Shown: positions 29,101-39,072 of the stretch, piece by piece
Layout: the number at the start of each line of letters is the position of its first letter
How positions within the stretch are numbered: position 1 is the first letter of the stretch
NCBI GenBank assembly: GCA_038204565.1
Contig: JBBRCU010000008.1
Span: 18,412-82,411 of the forward strand
DNA length: 64,000 nt
Source of the DNA: Candidatus Limnocylindrales bacterium
GTDB taxonomy: Bacteria; Chloroflexota; Limnocylindria; Limnocylindrales; CSP1-4
Direction of reading: 5' to 3'
Made by a program: the position numbers and the translations under genes
The notes under the pieces: model-generated
Databases searched by the model: none
Told to the model about the DNA's origin: nothing
Seen by the model: only the letters and a program-made list of their open reading frames with translations

Positions 29101-30137
29101 GATTCCTCCTGGGCGGGCTCGGGCGAGCCCGTGGGATCTGGTTGGGGGATCAGCTGCAGGGTCGGGTCGGTTTCGCCGGGCGATCGGCCGCGATCGGCGA
29201 CGTCGGGATCGGCCCCGTCGGGATCCGGGAGTCCTCCCGCGGCGGCCGCATGATCGCGAATCGCCTCGACCTCGCGGCCGACGATTCGCTGGGCGTCGCC
29301 GCGAATCAGGGCAAGGATGGACTCGCTCCGGCCGCCGAGAACGTCGAGGACCGCGGGCGCCAGCCCTGGTGAGGCCCGCAAGGCCAGGATCAGGCCGGTC
29401 GCGGCATCCGCCGCCTGGCCAGCCTCGAGGGCCGCGCAGGCCCGGTGGAACAGCGTCGCCGCGTCGAGCGCGTCCGGGTCGAGAGGCTCCTGACCAGGAT
29501 CCTCGTCACCCCACAGGCTCGGGCCACGCGGCTCCGGTCGGGCGCCAGGATCGGCCGCCTCGGCGCCATCGGTGGCCTCGTCATCCGACGCCCGGGACCG
29601 GTCGAGCCTACGCCCGAACGCCGCCGCCGACGGCAGAGGGTCGACGGGCAGCGGACCCGGGTGAAGATCGTCGAACAGGAGGCCCATGGTGGCGATCCCG
29701 CCGCCCGGCTCGACCGGCCAGATCGCGCTCCGCTGCATCCCGGCGAAGAGCGGGTCAAGGGAGCCGTGCGCCCGCTCGAGCGCCCGGCCGGCGAGCCGAC
29801 GAGCCTCTCCGGGGCGACCGAGCGACGATTGCGCCTCGGCCGAGATGACCAGCCCGAGAACGTCGTCCGGGTGTATCTCGAGCCACGCCGCAGCTGCCTC
29901 GCCGGCGCCGACGAGGTCGCCGGTCCGCCAGCGGGTCTCGGCCAGATCGCGGATGGCGTCGTCGTCGAGCGCGCCGCGCCCGGCCAGCGTCTCGAGCTCG
30001 GTCCGAGCCAGGCTGAGCGAGCCCAGGAGGAGGTGGATCCGGGCGAGGACGAGGTCCGGATCGCGTGGTTCAGTTGCGCCGCCGGTCGCCTCGTCGACGC
30101 CGCCCGCGACGGCGGGGCCGGCCGGTGCAGCGCTCAC
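29097..30137 (-). CDS. Hypothetical protein with TPR-like helical repeats
   Basis: Ala/Leu-rich helical repeats; translationally coupled between the M16 peptidase and ndk. Confidence 0.65.
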   Translation of the reverse strand: MSAAPAGPAVAGGVDEATGGATEPRDPDLVLARIHLLLGSLSLARTELETLAGRGALDDDAIRDLAETRWRTGDLVGAGEAAAAWLEIHPDDVLGLVISAEAQSSLGRPGEARRLAGRALERAHGSLDPLFAGMQRSAIWPVEPGGGIATMGLLFDDLHPGPLPVDPLPSAAAFGRRLDRSRASDDEATDGAEAADPGARPEPRGPSLWGDEDPGQEPLDPDALDAATLFHRACAALEAGQAADAATGLILALRASPGLAPAVLDVLGGRSESILALIRGDAQRIVGREVEAIRDHAAAAGGLPDPDGADPDVADRGRSPGETDPTLQLIPQPDPTGSPEPAQEES

Positions 30138-31405
30138 GCCGGCAGCCGCAGGCGGCGCTCGAGGCCACGCAGATGACGGGCCGGGGCGACCACGGCGAGG
30201 CGGAGCCCTTCGTCCCGGAACAGCTCGCCGGCCAGACGCTGGACCTCGGCGGCGTCGACCGCTGCAACCGCCGCGAGCGCCTCGTCGAGATCGAGGACGC
30301 GGTCATGGAGCGCCTCCTGCCCGCCGATCCACGACGCGAGGTGGCGGGTCTCGTCCATCCGCAGCTCGAGACCGCCGGACAGGTACGCCTTCGTCTTCGC
30401 CAGCTCGTCGGCCGGCACCGGCTCGTCGCGCAACTGGGCCAACTCCCGAAGGACGGCATCGAGCGCCGCCGGCAGGCGCTCCGGATCGACGCCGGCCGAG
30501 ACCTCCAGTGAGCCCGCATCGGCATAGTCGACCAGCCCGGATGACACGTCGTAGGCCAGGCCCTGAGCTTCGCGGACCGTGAGGAAGAGCCGGCTTGACA
30601 TTCCGTCGCCGAGGACCGCGTTGAGGATGGCGAGGATCCAGGCATCGGGATGGTCGCGGCGGAGGGCGGGCACGCCGACGATCATCTGGGCCTGGGTCGT
30701 GTCACGTCGGGCCCGGAACAGCGCCCGCTCGCCGGCCGGCAACGGCGGCGCTGCGGCAAAACCCGGAATCGCTCCATGGCCGGTCCCGAAGGCCGTGCCG
30801 GCGAGATCGACGGCCGTGCCGTGGTCGATGTCGCCGGCGACCGCGACGACGGTGTTGGCGGGCCGGTACATCGTCCGCCAGAAGCTCCGGATCGTGTCCG
30901 ACGGGAGGGCCCGGATGCCATCCTCGTCACCGCAGATCTCGCGCCCGAGTGAGCCGTCTCCGAACATTGCCTGCTGGAACAGCGTCTGGGCATATTCGGC
31001 CGGGTCGTCGAGATAGGAGCGGATCTCCTCGACGATCACCGTCCGCTCGCCGTCGATCTCGTGCTCGTCGAGATTCGGCCGGACGATCAGCTCGCCGAGG
31101 ACGTCCATCGCCCGAGTCGCCTCGCGCCGCGGGACGCGGACCCAGTAGACCGTCGACTCGCGGTCGGTGGCGGCGTTGAATGACCCGCCGACGCCCTCGA
31201 TCGCCTCCGAGATGGCCCGGGTCGACGGAAAGCGCTTCGTCCCCTTGAAGGTGATGTGCTCCATGAAGTGGGCCACGCCGGACTCCTCGGGCGTCTCGAG
31301 GCGCGAGCCGGCGAGGACATATGCCGCGATGGAGACCGAACGTGCGCCGGGGAGCCTGGCGCTGATCACGCGCGGCCCATCGGCCAGCGCGGTACATTCG
31401 AACAT
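30134..31405 (-). CDS. M16 (pitrilysin-family) zinc peptidase
   Basis: HFMEH inverted Zn motif, NAAT and MSSRLF..VRE..GLAY; start MFEC at 31405 after TACCAT. Confidence 0.93.
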   Translation of the reverse strand: MFECTALADGPRVISARLPGARSVSIAAYVLAGSRLETPEESGVAHFMEHITFKGTKRFPSTRAISEAIEGVGGSFNAATDRESTVYWVRVPRREATRAMDVLGELIVRPNLDEHEIDGERTVIVEEIRSYLDDPAEYAQTLFQQAMFGDGSLGREICGDEDGIRALPSDTIRSFWRTMYRPANTVVAVAGDIDHGTAVDLAGTAFGTGHGAIPGFAAAPPLPAGERALFRARRDTTQAQMIVGVPALRRDHPDAWILAILNAVLGDGMSSRLFLTVREAQGLAYDVSSGLVDYADAGSLEVSAGVDPERLPAALDAVLRELAQLRDEPVPADELAKTKAYLSGGLELRMDETRHLASWIGGQEALHDRVLDLDEALAAVAAVDAAEVQRLAGELFRDEGLRLAVVAPARHLRGLERRLRLPA

Positions 31406-31687
31406 CGGGGCCGATGGTACAGGACGCTCCCAGCCGCGATGCCAATCGCCTCGGGTCCGGCGGGACATCTGTCGTCCACTCCTGATCACGCACCGTCGGG
31501 CGCCAAAGGCCGACACCGAAGCGCGACCCGCCAAAGGCTGCGATCGACCTTCCGGGCCGACCCCGGCGGGCTATCCTTCCGTCCTGACCGCAGCGGACCG
31601 GGACCCGTTGCGACACGTGGAGGAGAGGTGCGCGCCAACGGGGCGCGGCGATCCGCGCCGGAGCATGCGCGCGGAGGAGGAGGGTCC

Positions 31688-32959
31688 ATGACCAGCATAA
31701 AGCTCCGGCTCGCGAGCCTGATCGCGGCGTCGGCGATCGTCGTCGGTGCGTGCGGCTCGACGCCGGCTGCGAGTGCCCCGACAGGCAGCGGCACCGCCTC
31801 GAGCGACTGCGCCGCAGGATCCGCGAGCGGTGGCGGAACGGGCGCCCTCCAGGTCCCCGAGGTCGTCGCCGGCAAGTTCAACGTCGCGATGGTCCTGATC
31901 GGCCCCCACGACGACGGCGGCTGGAGCCAGGCCCAGTACGAGGGTCTCCAGTACCTTTGCCAGCATCTCCCGGACAGCCACGTCGCCTACATCGAGCTGG
32001 TGCCGGAAGGGGCCGACTCCGAGACCGTCTTCCGGAGCCTCGCTCGGAAGGGCTTCAACTTCATCATCGGGACCTCCTTCGGCTACATGGACCCGATGGA
32101 AACCGTGGCCAAGGACTTCCCGGATACGACCTTCCTGCACCTGACCGGCTACAAGTCGAACGGCAAGAACTTCGGCAACTTCTTTGGCGCGGTCGAGGAC
32201 TTCAAGTACCTCGCTGGGATGCTCGCCGGGTCGCGCGCCCACAAGGACGGCGTGCCCAAGGTCGGCTACATGGCGACCTTCCCGATCCCCGAGGAGATCC
32301 GCCTCGGCAACGCGATCGCCCGAGGCGTGGCGGTGACCTGCCCCGAGTGCAAGATCGACGTCCGGTTCATCAACACCTGGCACGATCCCCAGAAGGAGCG
32401 CGAGGGCGCGGCGTCGCTGTTCGATGCCGGCGCCGACGTCGTCTTCACCGGTGCCGACACCCCGGCCGTGGCCGATGTCGCGGCCGAGAAGAAGAAGTGG
32501 GCCGTCACCTACGACCATCCGTCGTCGTGCAACAAGGACAGCTGCCTGACCGCCCCGTACTGGATCTGGGGTCCCGAGTACACCCGCATCGGCCAGCAGG
32601 TGAAGGACAAGAAGTACACCGCCGGGTATGAGTACTTCGACGCCAATTCGAAGGCCATGGGGCTGTACGGCTTCATGGACGGCCAGACCCCCCAGAAGGG
32701 CATCAGCGACCTGCCGGCCGCCGATGTCCAGGCGGTCAAGGACCTTCTCGGCAAGGCCCTCGCCGGGACCTGGGGCCGGTTCGACGTCTTCGCCGGTCCG
32801 ATCAAGGACAACACCGGCAAGGAGCTCCTGAAGGCCGGCGAGAAGCTCAAGCAGTCCGACCTCGATCAGTTCCCGCCCGGCGCCCCCGGCTCGGAGTGCA
32901 CGACCTGCATGTACTGGTGGAACGAGAACATCACCGTTCCCCTCCCCAAGCTGGGCTGA
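31688..32959 (+). CDS. BMP-family ABC transporter substrate-binding lipoprotein (nucleoside/purine type)
   Basis: Lipobox VGAC; GPHDDGGWSQA, GTSFGYMD and WHDP motifs; strong SD. Confidence 0.9.
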   Translation: MTSIKLRLASLIAASAIVVGACGSTPAASAPTGSGTASSDCAAGSASGGGTGALQVPEVVAGKFNVAMVLIGPHDDGGWSQAQYEGLQYLCQHLPDSHVAYIELVPEGADSETVFRSLARKGFNFIIGTSFGYMDPMETVAKDFPDTTFLHLTGYKSNGKNFGNFFGAVEDFKYLAGMLAGSRAHKDGVPKVGYMATFPIPEEIRLGNAIARGVAVTCPECKIDVRFINTWHDPQKEREGAASLFDAGADVVFTGADTPAVADVAAEKKKWAVTYDHPSSCNKDSCLTAPYWIWGPEYTRIGQQVKDKKYTAGYEYFDANSKAMGLYGFMDGQTPQKGISDLPAADVQAVKDLLGKALAGTWGRFDVFAGPIKDNTGKELLKAGEKLKQSDLDQFPPGAPGSECTTCMYWWNENITVPLPKLG

Positions 32960-32967
32960 CGACGGTG

Positions 32968-33003
32968 GGCGAGGCCCGCGGGCAGCCGCTCGCGGGCCTC
33001 GCC
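32968..33003 (+). promoter_or_regulatory. Intercistronic 16-bp stem-loop after the SBP gene (mRNA stabiliser or attenuator)
   Basis: GGCGAGGCCCGCGGGC-AGCC-GCTCGCGGGCCTCGCC; no U tract. Confidence 0.6.
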
Positions 33004-33023
33004 GCGTCACCAGCGAATCGCCG

Positions 33024-34664
33024 ATGACCGAGCAGACTCCGCTGCCGTTCCTGGCGCCGGCCGCCTCCCTCGCCCTCGAGGTGCGCGGCATCGCCAAGGC
33101 GTTCCCCGGTGTCCTCGCCAACGACAACGTCGACTTCGACCTGCGCCACGGCGAGGTCCACGCCCTCCTCGGCGAGAACGGCGCGGGCAAGAGCACCCTC
33201 ATGAATGTCATCGCGGGGCTCTATCGCCCGGACGCCGGCGAGATCCTCGTCGATGGGGCATCCGTCGCGTTCGGCTCGCCGCGCGATGCGATCACCGCCG
33301 GGATCGGAATGGTCCACCAGCATTTCACCCTCGTCCCGTCGCAGACCGTGACCGAGAACGTCCTGCTCGGGCTGGACCAGCCGCGCTTCCTCCTCCGCGA
33401 GCGCCGGTCCGAAGCCGAGGTCGCCGCGCTGGCCGCCAGCTTCGGGTTGCGGGTCGACCCAAGGGCCAAGATCTGGCAGCTGTCCGTCGGCGAGCAACAG
33501 CGCGTCGAGATTCTGAAGATGCTGTACCGCGGGGCGCAGATCCTGATCATGGACGAGCCGACCGCCGTCCTCGCGCCGCAGGAGGCCGACGAGCTGTTCG
33601 CGACGCTTCGGACGATGACCGCCGCCGGGCGCTCCGTCGTGTTCATCAGCCACAAGCTCGGCGAGGTCCTGGCGATCGCCGACCGGGTGACCGTTATGCG
33701 GCGCGGCAAGGTGACGGCGTCGGGGCTGCCCACCGCCGGCGCGACCAAGGCGGAGCTCGCCCGGCTGATGGTCGGGCGGACAGTCCTCGATGTCTACCCG
33801 CGGGAGCCGTTCGCGCCCGGTCCGATCGTTCTGGCGCTCGACGGCGTCTCGGCCTTCAACGACCGCGGACTCCCGGCGCTCCGGGGCGTCTCGCTCGATG
33901 TCCGGGCCGGCGAGATCGTCGGGATCGCGGCAGTCGCCGGCAACGGCCAGAGCGAGCTCGCGGAAGTGATCACGGGGCTGCGGCCGTGCGCCGGCCGGAT
34001 CAGCGTCGGCGGGAATCCCGTGGCCAACCGTCCGGCGTCGGACATCCTCGGCCACGGCGTCGCCCACGTCCCGGAGGACCGGACCGCGGTCGGCAGCGCG
34101 CCGAACCTCAGCCTGACCGACAACCTGATCATGAAGCGCTACCGCGAGGCGCCCGTCGCGAATGGCCTGTTCGTCGATGATGACGCAGCCCGATCGTTCG
34201 CCGGCGCCCTTCGGGACACCTATCGGATCGCCGCGCCGACGGTCGATACCCAGGCCCGGCTCCTGTCCGGCGGCAACCTCCAGCGAGCGATCCTTGCTCG
34301 CGAGATGGACACCGAGCCCGGGCTGCTCGTTGCGGTCCAGCCGACGCGCGGGCTCGACGTCGGGGCGATCGAGTCGGTCCACCGCCTGCTGCTCGACCTG
34401 CGAGCGCGGGGCGGGGCGATCCTCCTGATCTCGGAGGAGCTCGAGGAGATCCTGGGGCTATCGGACCGGGTCGATGTGATCTACGAGGGACGGGTGGTCG
34501 CAACGATGCCGGTCGAGGAGGCCGAGATCGGCCGGATCGGGCTGCTGATGACCGGCGGCGCCGACACCGATCGTGATGATGCATGGGCCGGGAAGGGCGA
34601 GACAGGGCCGACCGCCCTCGCCGAGCCGGCGGCGCCGGCCACGCCCGGATCGAGGGACCGATGA
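33024..34664 (+). CDS. CUT2/nucleoside ABC transporter ATP-binding protein (two NBDs)
   Basis: GENGAGKST, LSVGEQQRVE, LSGGNLQR and QPTRGLD motifs. Confidence 0.93.
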   Translation: MTEQTPLPFLAPAASLALEVRGIAKAFPGVLANDNVDFDLRHGEVHALLGENGAGKSTLMNVIAGLYRPDAGEILVDGASVAFGSPRDAITAGIGMVHQHFTLVPSQTVTENVLLGLDQPRFLLRERRSEAEVAALAASFGLRVDPRAKIWQLSVGEQQRVEILKMLYRGAQILIMDEPTAVLAPQEADELFATLRTMTAAGRSVVFISHKLGEVLAIADRVTVMRRGKVTASGLPTAGATKAELARLMVGRTVLDVYPREPFAPGPIVLALDGVSAFNDRGLPALRGVSLDVRAGEIVGIAAVAGNGQSELAEVITGLRPCAGRISVGGNPVANRPASDILGHGVAHVPEDRTAVGSAPNLSLTDNLIMKRYREAPVANGLFVDDDAARSFAGALRDTYRIAAPTVDTQARLLSGGNLQRAILAREMDTEPGLLVAVQPTRGLDVGAIESVHRLLLDLRARGGAILLISEELEEILGLSDRVDVIYEGRVVATMPVEEAEIGRIGLLMTGGADTDRDDAWAGKGETGPTALAEPAAPATPGSRDR

Positions 34665-35800
34665 CGTTCCATCTCGAGCCGCGGACCGTGACGCCGCGCT
34701 GGCTGTCGCCGCTGGTGACGGTCGGCGCCGTGGCTGTGGCCCTGGTCATCTCGGGTGGGATCATCGGGCTTGTCGGCGGCGACCCGGTCAGGTCCTATGC
34801 CCACATCCTCGAGGCGTCGTTCGGAAGCGTCGGCGTCCTGTCGGACACGCTGGTCAAGGCAACGCCGCTGATCCTGACCGGACTCGCCTGCGCCCTGGCC
34901 TTCCGGATGCGGCTCTGGAACATCGGCGCCGAGGGCCAGTTCCTCCTCGGGGCGTGGGGCGCAAGTGCGGTCGTCCTGTTCCCGCTGGTGCCGGCTGGCA
35001 CGCCCGGGATCGTCCTGATCCCGCTGATGATGATCGCCGGGATGCTCGCGGGCGGCATCTGGGGCCTGATTCCGGGCGTCCTCCGGGCCCGCCTCGGGGT
35101 CAACGAGATCATCGTGACCCTGATGCTCAACTACATCGCCCTCGCCTGGATCCAGTTCTGGGTGTTCGGACCGTGGAGCGAGGGCGGCTTTCAGCAGACG
35201 CACCCGTTCCCGCCGGAGGCAGCCCTGCCGCGGCTCGCGGACTTCGCTTCGATCGTCCCGGGGTTCGCCGGGTTGACCGTCCATCTCGGGCTGGTCTTCG
35301 GGCTCGTTGCGGCCGGCCTGCTGTGGTTGTTCCTGGAGCGGTCGCGGTTCGGCTATGAGATCCGCCTGATCGGGGACAGTCCGCGGGCCGCGACGTACGC
35401 CGGGATCGACATCAAGCGCCGCCTGATCATCGTGTTCGCGATCTCGGGTGCGCTCGCCGGGCTGGCCGGGATGTCCGAGGTCAACGGTGCGGTCCACCGC
35501 CTCCAGGACCACATCTCGCCGGGCTACGGGTTCACCGCGGTGATCGTTGCTTACCTTGCGAAGTTCCGGCCCGGCCGGGTGGTCGTGGCCGCGATCCTGT
35601 TCGGGGCGTTGATCCTGGCCGGCCGCGAAATCCAGCCCTCTGGCGTCCCGGCGATGATCCAGGGGATCATCCTGTTCACCCTGATCGTCAGCGATGTCCT
35701 CGTCCGTTACCAGGTCCGGGTGACGCGGGGCGGACGCGGGCCGACCGTTCCGGCGACGCCCGCAGCGAGCCCGTCGGCCGGGTCCGCGGGCGGCGGCTGA
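34661..35800 (+). CDS. Nucleoside ABC transporter permease 1
   Basis: WNIGAEGQ, NEIIVTLMLNY and GYGFTA motifs; ATGA-coupled start at 34661. Confidence 0.92.
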   Translation: MTFHLEPRTVTPRWLSPLVTVGAVAVALVISGGIIGLVGGDPVRSYAHILEASFGSVGVLSDTLVKATPLILTGLACALAFRMRLWNIGAEGQFLLGAWGASAVVLFPLVPAGTPGIVLIPLMMIAGMLAGGIWGLIPGVLRARLGVNEIIVTLMLNYIALAWIQFWVFGPWSEGGFQQTHPFPPEAALPRLADFASIVPGFAGLTVHLGLVFGLVAAGLLWLFLERSRFGYEIRLIGDSPRAATYAGIDIKRRLIIVFAISGALAGLAGMSEVNGAVHRLQDHISPGYGFTAVIVAYLAKFRPGRVVVAAILFGALILAGREIQPSGVPAMIQGIILFTLIVSDVLVRYQVRVTRGGRGPTVPATPAASPSAGSAGGG

Positions 35801-36765
35801 TGGACCTCGGGCTGATCGTCGCGGCCGGACTTGCCACGGGCACGGTCCTCCTGTTCGCCGCGATCGGCGAGATCTTCGCAGAACGAGCCGGCGTCCTGAA
35901 TCTGGGCGTCGAGGGGATGATGCTCATGGGCGCGGTGACCGGCTTCTCGGTGACCGGCTCGACCGGCAACCCGTGGTTCGGGCTCGGCGCGGCGATGCTC
36001 GTCGGCGGGCTCTTCGGGCTCCTCCACGGCGTCGTAACGATCCGGCTTCGTGCCGACCAGGTCGTGTCCGGGCTTGCCCTCACGTTCCTGGGGACCGGGC
36101 TCGCCCGCGTGCTCGGCGAGGGCCTGACGAACACGAACGTCGAGCGTCTCCCGACGATCTCGATCCCGGTCCTCGCCGATCTGCCGATCGTCGGACCGAT
36201 CGTGTTCGCGAACCAGAGCGTGCTCGTCTACGTCGGCTTCGGCCTCGTCCCGCTGGCCTGGTTCTGGATCACGCGGACCCGGCCCGGGCTCCACCTGCGA
36301 GCCGTCGGCGAGGCCCCTGCCGCCGCGGATGCGCAGGGCATCGGCGTGTATCGGCTGCGGCTCGGGTACGTCGTCGTCGGCGGGATCCTGGCCGGGTTGG
36401 CCGGGGCGACGATCACGCTCGCGGTGTCGCCGGGCTGGTTCGGCGACCAGACGGTCAACGGCCGCGGCTGGATCGCGATCGGGCTCGTCATCTTCGCCCG
36501 CTGGAGCCCGATCTGGGCTGCCTTCGGCGCCTATCTGTTCGCGGCGATCTCACCGTTCATCCTCGGGCTCCAGGGCGTGCCGACGATCCTCGGCGTCGAG
36601 AACCCGTTCCTGCCAGGGCGCTCCGCGACGTTCTTTCTCGAGATGCTCCCGTACCTCTTCGTCATCGGCGTGGTCATCCTCGGCTCACGCTCGGCGGCGC
36701 GGCGGCGGATCGGGGCGCCGGCGGCGCTGGGGATCCCGTATGTCCGCGGCGAGCGGGGCCACTGA
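35800..36765 (+). CDS. Nucleoside ABC transporter permease 2
   Basis: ERAGVLNLGVEG, GRGWIAI and PAALGIPY motifs. Confidence 0.92.
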   Translation: MDLGLIVAAGLATGTVLLFAAIGEIFAERAGVLNLGVEGMMLMGAVTGFSVTGSTGNPWFGLGAAMLVGGLFGLLHGVVTIRLRADQVVSGLALTFLGTGLARVLGEGLTNTNVERLPTISIPVLADLPIVGPIVFANQSVLVYVGFGLVPLAWFWITRTRPGLHLRAVGEAPAAADAQGIGVYRLRLGYVVVGGILAGLAGATITLAVSPGWFGDQTVNGRGWIAIGLVIFARWSPIWAAFGAYLFAAISPFILGLQGVPTILGVENPFLPGRSATFFLEMLPYLFVIGVVILGSRSAARRRIGAPAALGIPYVRGERGH

Positions 36766-36803
36766 CCGCGAGCGGCAAACGCTGACGCGTCCAGGCCGGG
36801 GCG

Positions 36804-37298
36804 TCAGCCCTCGGTGTCGAGCTCCGTCGCTCGGCCGGCATGCTCCGCGCCATCCATGACCGGGTCGCCGACCGCCTCGTCCCCGCCGAGCCCGGAGAGC
36901 TCCATCTGGACGAAGCCGCTGGTGTCGAAGGTCAGCTGGCGCGCGCTGCGGGCGCCGCCCTCCTCGATCGTGAGCGGGGCGTACTCGATGATCACCCGCT
37001 CGTCGCCCTGCACGAGGGCGTAGACGAGGAGCTGGTCCGGCCGAGTCTCGAACTCGAGGTGCTCGAACGAGTCGACGTTGAGGCTGATCGAGATCGGGGT
37101 GAAGTACGTCGACGTGTTCGGGTCGTCCGCGACGATCCGCTCGACCCAGCCCGTGCCGTGGGAAATCAGGTCGCGACCACGCTGGTAGCGATACGACACG
37201 GTCTGCTTGAGCAGCGGCCGGAGGATGTTGTGCATGTCCACGCGACTGGTCACAACGCCCTGGTTCACGAAGAACTTGGCGGACGGGGCGCTCGACAT
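36804..37298 (-). CDS. Hypothetical soluble protein (164 aa)
   Basis: Strong GC3 codon bias from MSSAPSAKFF; SD GGAG; TACCAT -10 near 37341-37346. Confidence 0.7.
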   Translation of the reverse strand: MSSAPSAKFFVNQGVVTSRVDMHNILRPLLKQTVSYRYQRGRDLISHGTGWVERIVADDPNTSTYFTPISISLNVDSFEHLEFETRPDQLLVYALVQGDERVIIEYAPLTIEEGGARSARQLTFDTSGFVQMELSGLGGDEAVGDPVMDGAEHAGRATELDTEG

Positions 37299-37393
37299 CA
37301 ACGGGTCTCCTGGGGAAGACGCGGGCGGTGGGCGTCGTCGATGGTAACCCAGCAAGGGCCCGCCGGCGCCACCGAATCGGCCTGGGAACGGAC

Positions 37394-38158
37394 CTATTTC
37401 ACCTTGATCCGAGCGTACGCGACGCCGTCGCCCGAGGTGCAGGCGCCTTCCCAGATCGGAAGGAAGGCAATCGCCCAGTCGCCGATCCTGTCCGGCGCCG
37501 CGATCGACAGCGAGCCGTCCTGTCGGAACCGCCAGGGGAGGGTGGTCTTCGGTCCACCGAGGTCCGCGAGGCCTCCGTTGAACGTGACCTTGGACCATGG
37601 AGACGCGGCGGCCGTCGTCCCGAGGAGGGTCAGATCCTTGGCCCGCAGGACGATGCCAGCGCTGGGACCGACGACGACCGCGATCTCGTTCCGGGTCAAG
37701 CCAATACCCCCCGGGATGACATCGTCGGAGTTCCAGGACCCGTCCAGCAGCGCGACGCCGGCGCCCGTGAACTCGATCGTGGCGCCACCGAACTGGAGCG
37801 TCCTGGGGCCCTTGTCGGCAGCCGCGAATCCGGCCTCGCCTGTGCCGCACGACGCGGCCGGCGCGGACGTCGGACGGGTGGTCGGGTTTGGAAACGGGGT
37901 CGGGTCCGGCGTCGCCTGCGGGACGTCCGTCGGCTCGTTCGTGGGGCCCAGCTCGGCGCCGGCCGTGACAACGGCCGTCGGCGCGGGCGATGCCGTGGGC
38001 TCCTGGCTCCCTTCCGGAGAGGCCGACGGGGCCAGGATGGCGACCGACGGCGGGGCCCCGGAACCGGTGATCGGGGTCGTCGTGGACGTACATGCGGTCA
38101 GGGCCAGGCCGGCGAGCAGGACGGCCAGGGCACGCCCAGCGCGTGATGACGGGAGCAT
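37394..38158 (-). CDS. Hypothetical lipoprotein with Pro/Thr-rich linker
   Basis: Lipobox LALTAC; SD GGAG before the ATG at 38158. Confidence 0.7.
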   Translation of the reverse strand: MLPSSRAGRALAVLLAGLALTACTSTTTPITGSGAPPSVAILAPSASPEGSQEPTASPAPTAVVTAGAELGPTNEPTDVPQATPDPTPFPNPTTRPTSAPAASCGTGEAGFAAADKGPRTLQFGGATIEFTGAGVALLDGSWNSDDVIPGGIGLTRNEIAVVVGPSAGIVLRAKDLTLLGTTAAASPWSKVTFNGGLADLGGPKTTLPWRFRQDGSLSIAAPDRIGDWAIAFLPIWEGACTSGDGVAYARIKVK

Positions 38159-38256
38159 CGGGTCTCCTGATGGGCTGCCGCAACGCGACAGAGACGAGAT
38201 GGCTGCCCGATGGACGCTCGACGCGCCGGACGTGCGACGGCCCGTATGATCCCCGC

Positions 38257-39072
38257 ATGCTGCTCGCGGTCGACATCGGCAACACGAACGTGACACTCGG
38301 GCTCTTCCGGAACGGGTCGCTCGCGGCAACCCGCCGGGCGGCCACCCATGCGCGGGCCTCGGCGGATGAGCTCGAGCACCTCCTCGATGCCCTCCTTCAT
38401 CTCGACGGTGCCGCGTTCGGGGACGTGGCGGCGATCGCCTGCTGCTCCGTGGTGCCGGCTCTGACCGTGGCGCTGGAAACGGTGGCCGCGCGCCGCGAGC
38501 GCCCGATCCTGGTCGCCGCCGCGGGCACCGTCCCGATCGCGATCCGGGTCGATCGGCCGGCCGACGTCGGTCCGGATCGCCTCGTCAACGCCTTTGCCGC
38601 CGCTCGAATCCACGGCACGCCCGCGATCGTGGCCGATTTCGGGACCGCGACGACGTTCGACTGCGTCGCGGCCGACGGTGCGTTCGTCGGCGGGGCAATC
38701 GCGCCTGGGCTCGAGCTCGGGCTGGAGGCGCTCGCCGCACGAACCGCAAAGCTGCCCCGAGTCGAGCTGCGAGCGCCCGACCGGGCGATCGGCCGCGACA
38801 CCGCCAGCGCGATCCAGAGCGGGACGATCTTCGGCTACCAGGCCCTCGCCGAGGGGTTGATCGAGCGGATCCGGGCCGAGCTCGCCAAGGGCGTCGGAGC
38901 GGGGCCCGGCGATGTCCGGGTGATCCTGACCGGCGGCCTGACCGCCGCGCCGTGGGCTCGGTCCCTCGCCGGCGTCGACGCGATCGATCCGGACCTGACC
39001 CTCAAGGGTCTCGCGATCCTCCACGCCGAGGTCGGCGGCGGTCAGCCGCTCGAGCTGGGTCTCGCCACGTGA
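38257..39072 (+). CDS. coaX: Type III pantothenate kinase
   Basis: LLAVDIGNTN, GPDR, DFGTATT and GGAIAPG motifs; TATGAT 6 nt before the ATG. Confidence 0.95.
   Translation: MLLAVDIGNTNVTLGLFRNGSLAATRRAATHARASADELEHLLDALLHLDGAAFGDVAAIACCSVVPALTVALETVAARRERPILVAAAGTVPIAIRVDRPADVGPDRLVNAFAAARIHGTPAIVADFGTATTFDCVAADGAFVGGAIAPGLELGLEALAARTAKLPRVELRAPDRAIGRDTASAIQSGTIFGYQALAEGLIERIRAELAKGVGAGPGDVRVILTGGLTAAPWARSLAGVDAIDPDLTLKGLAILHAEVGGGQPLELGLAT

Noticed and set aside
36804-38345. 513-aa ORF and overlapping 311-aa ORF as a single or frameshifted gene
   Set aside because: Resolves into two separate genes (36804-37298 and 37394-38158), each with its own SD.
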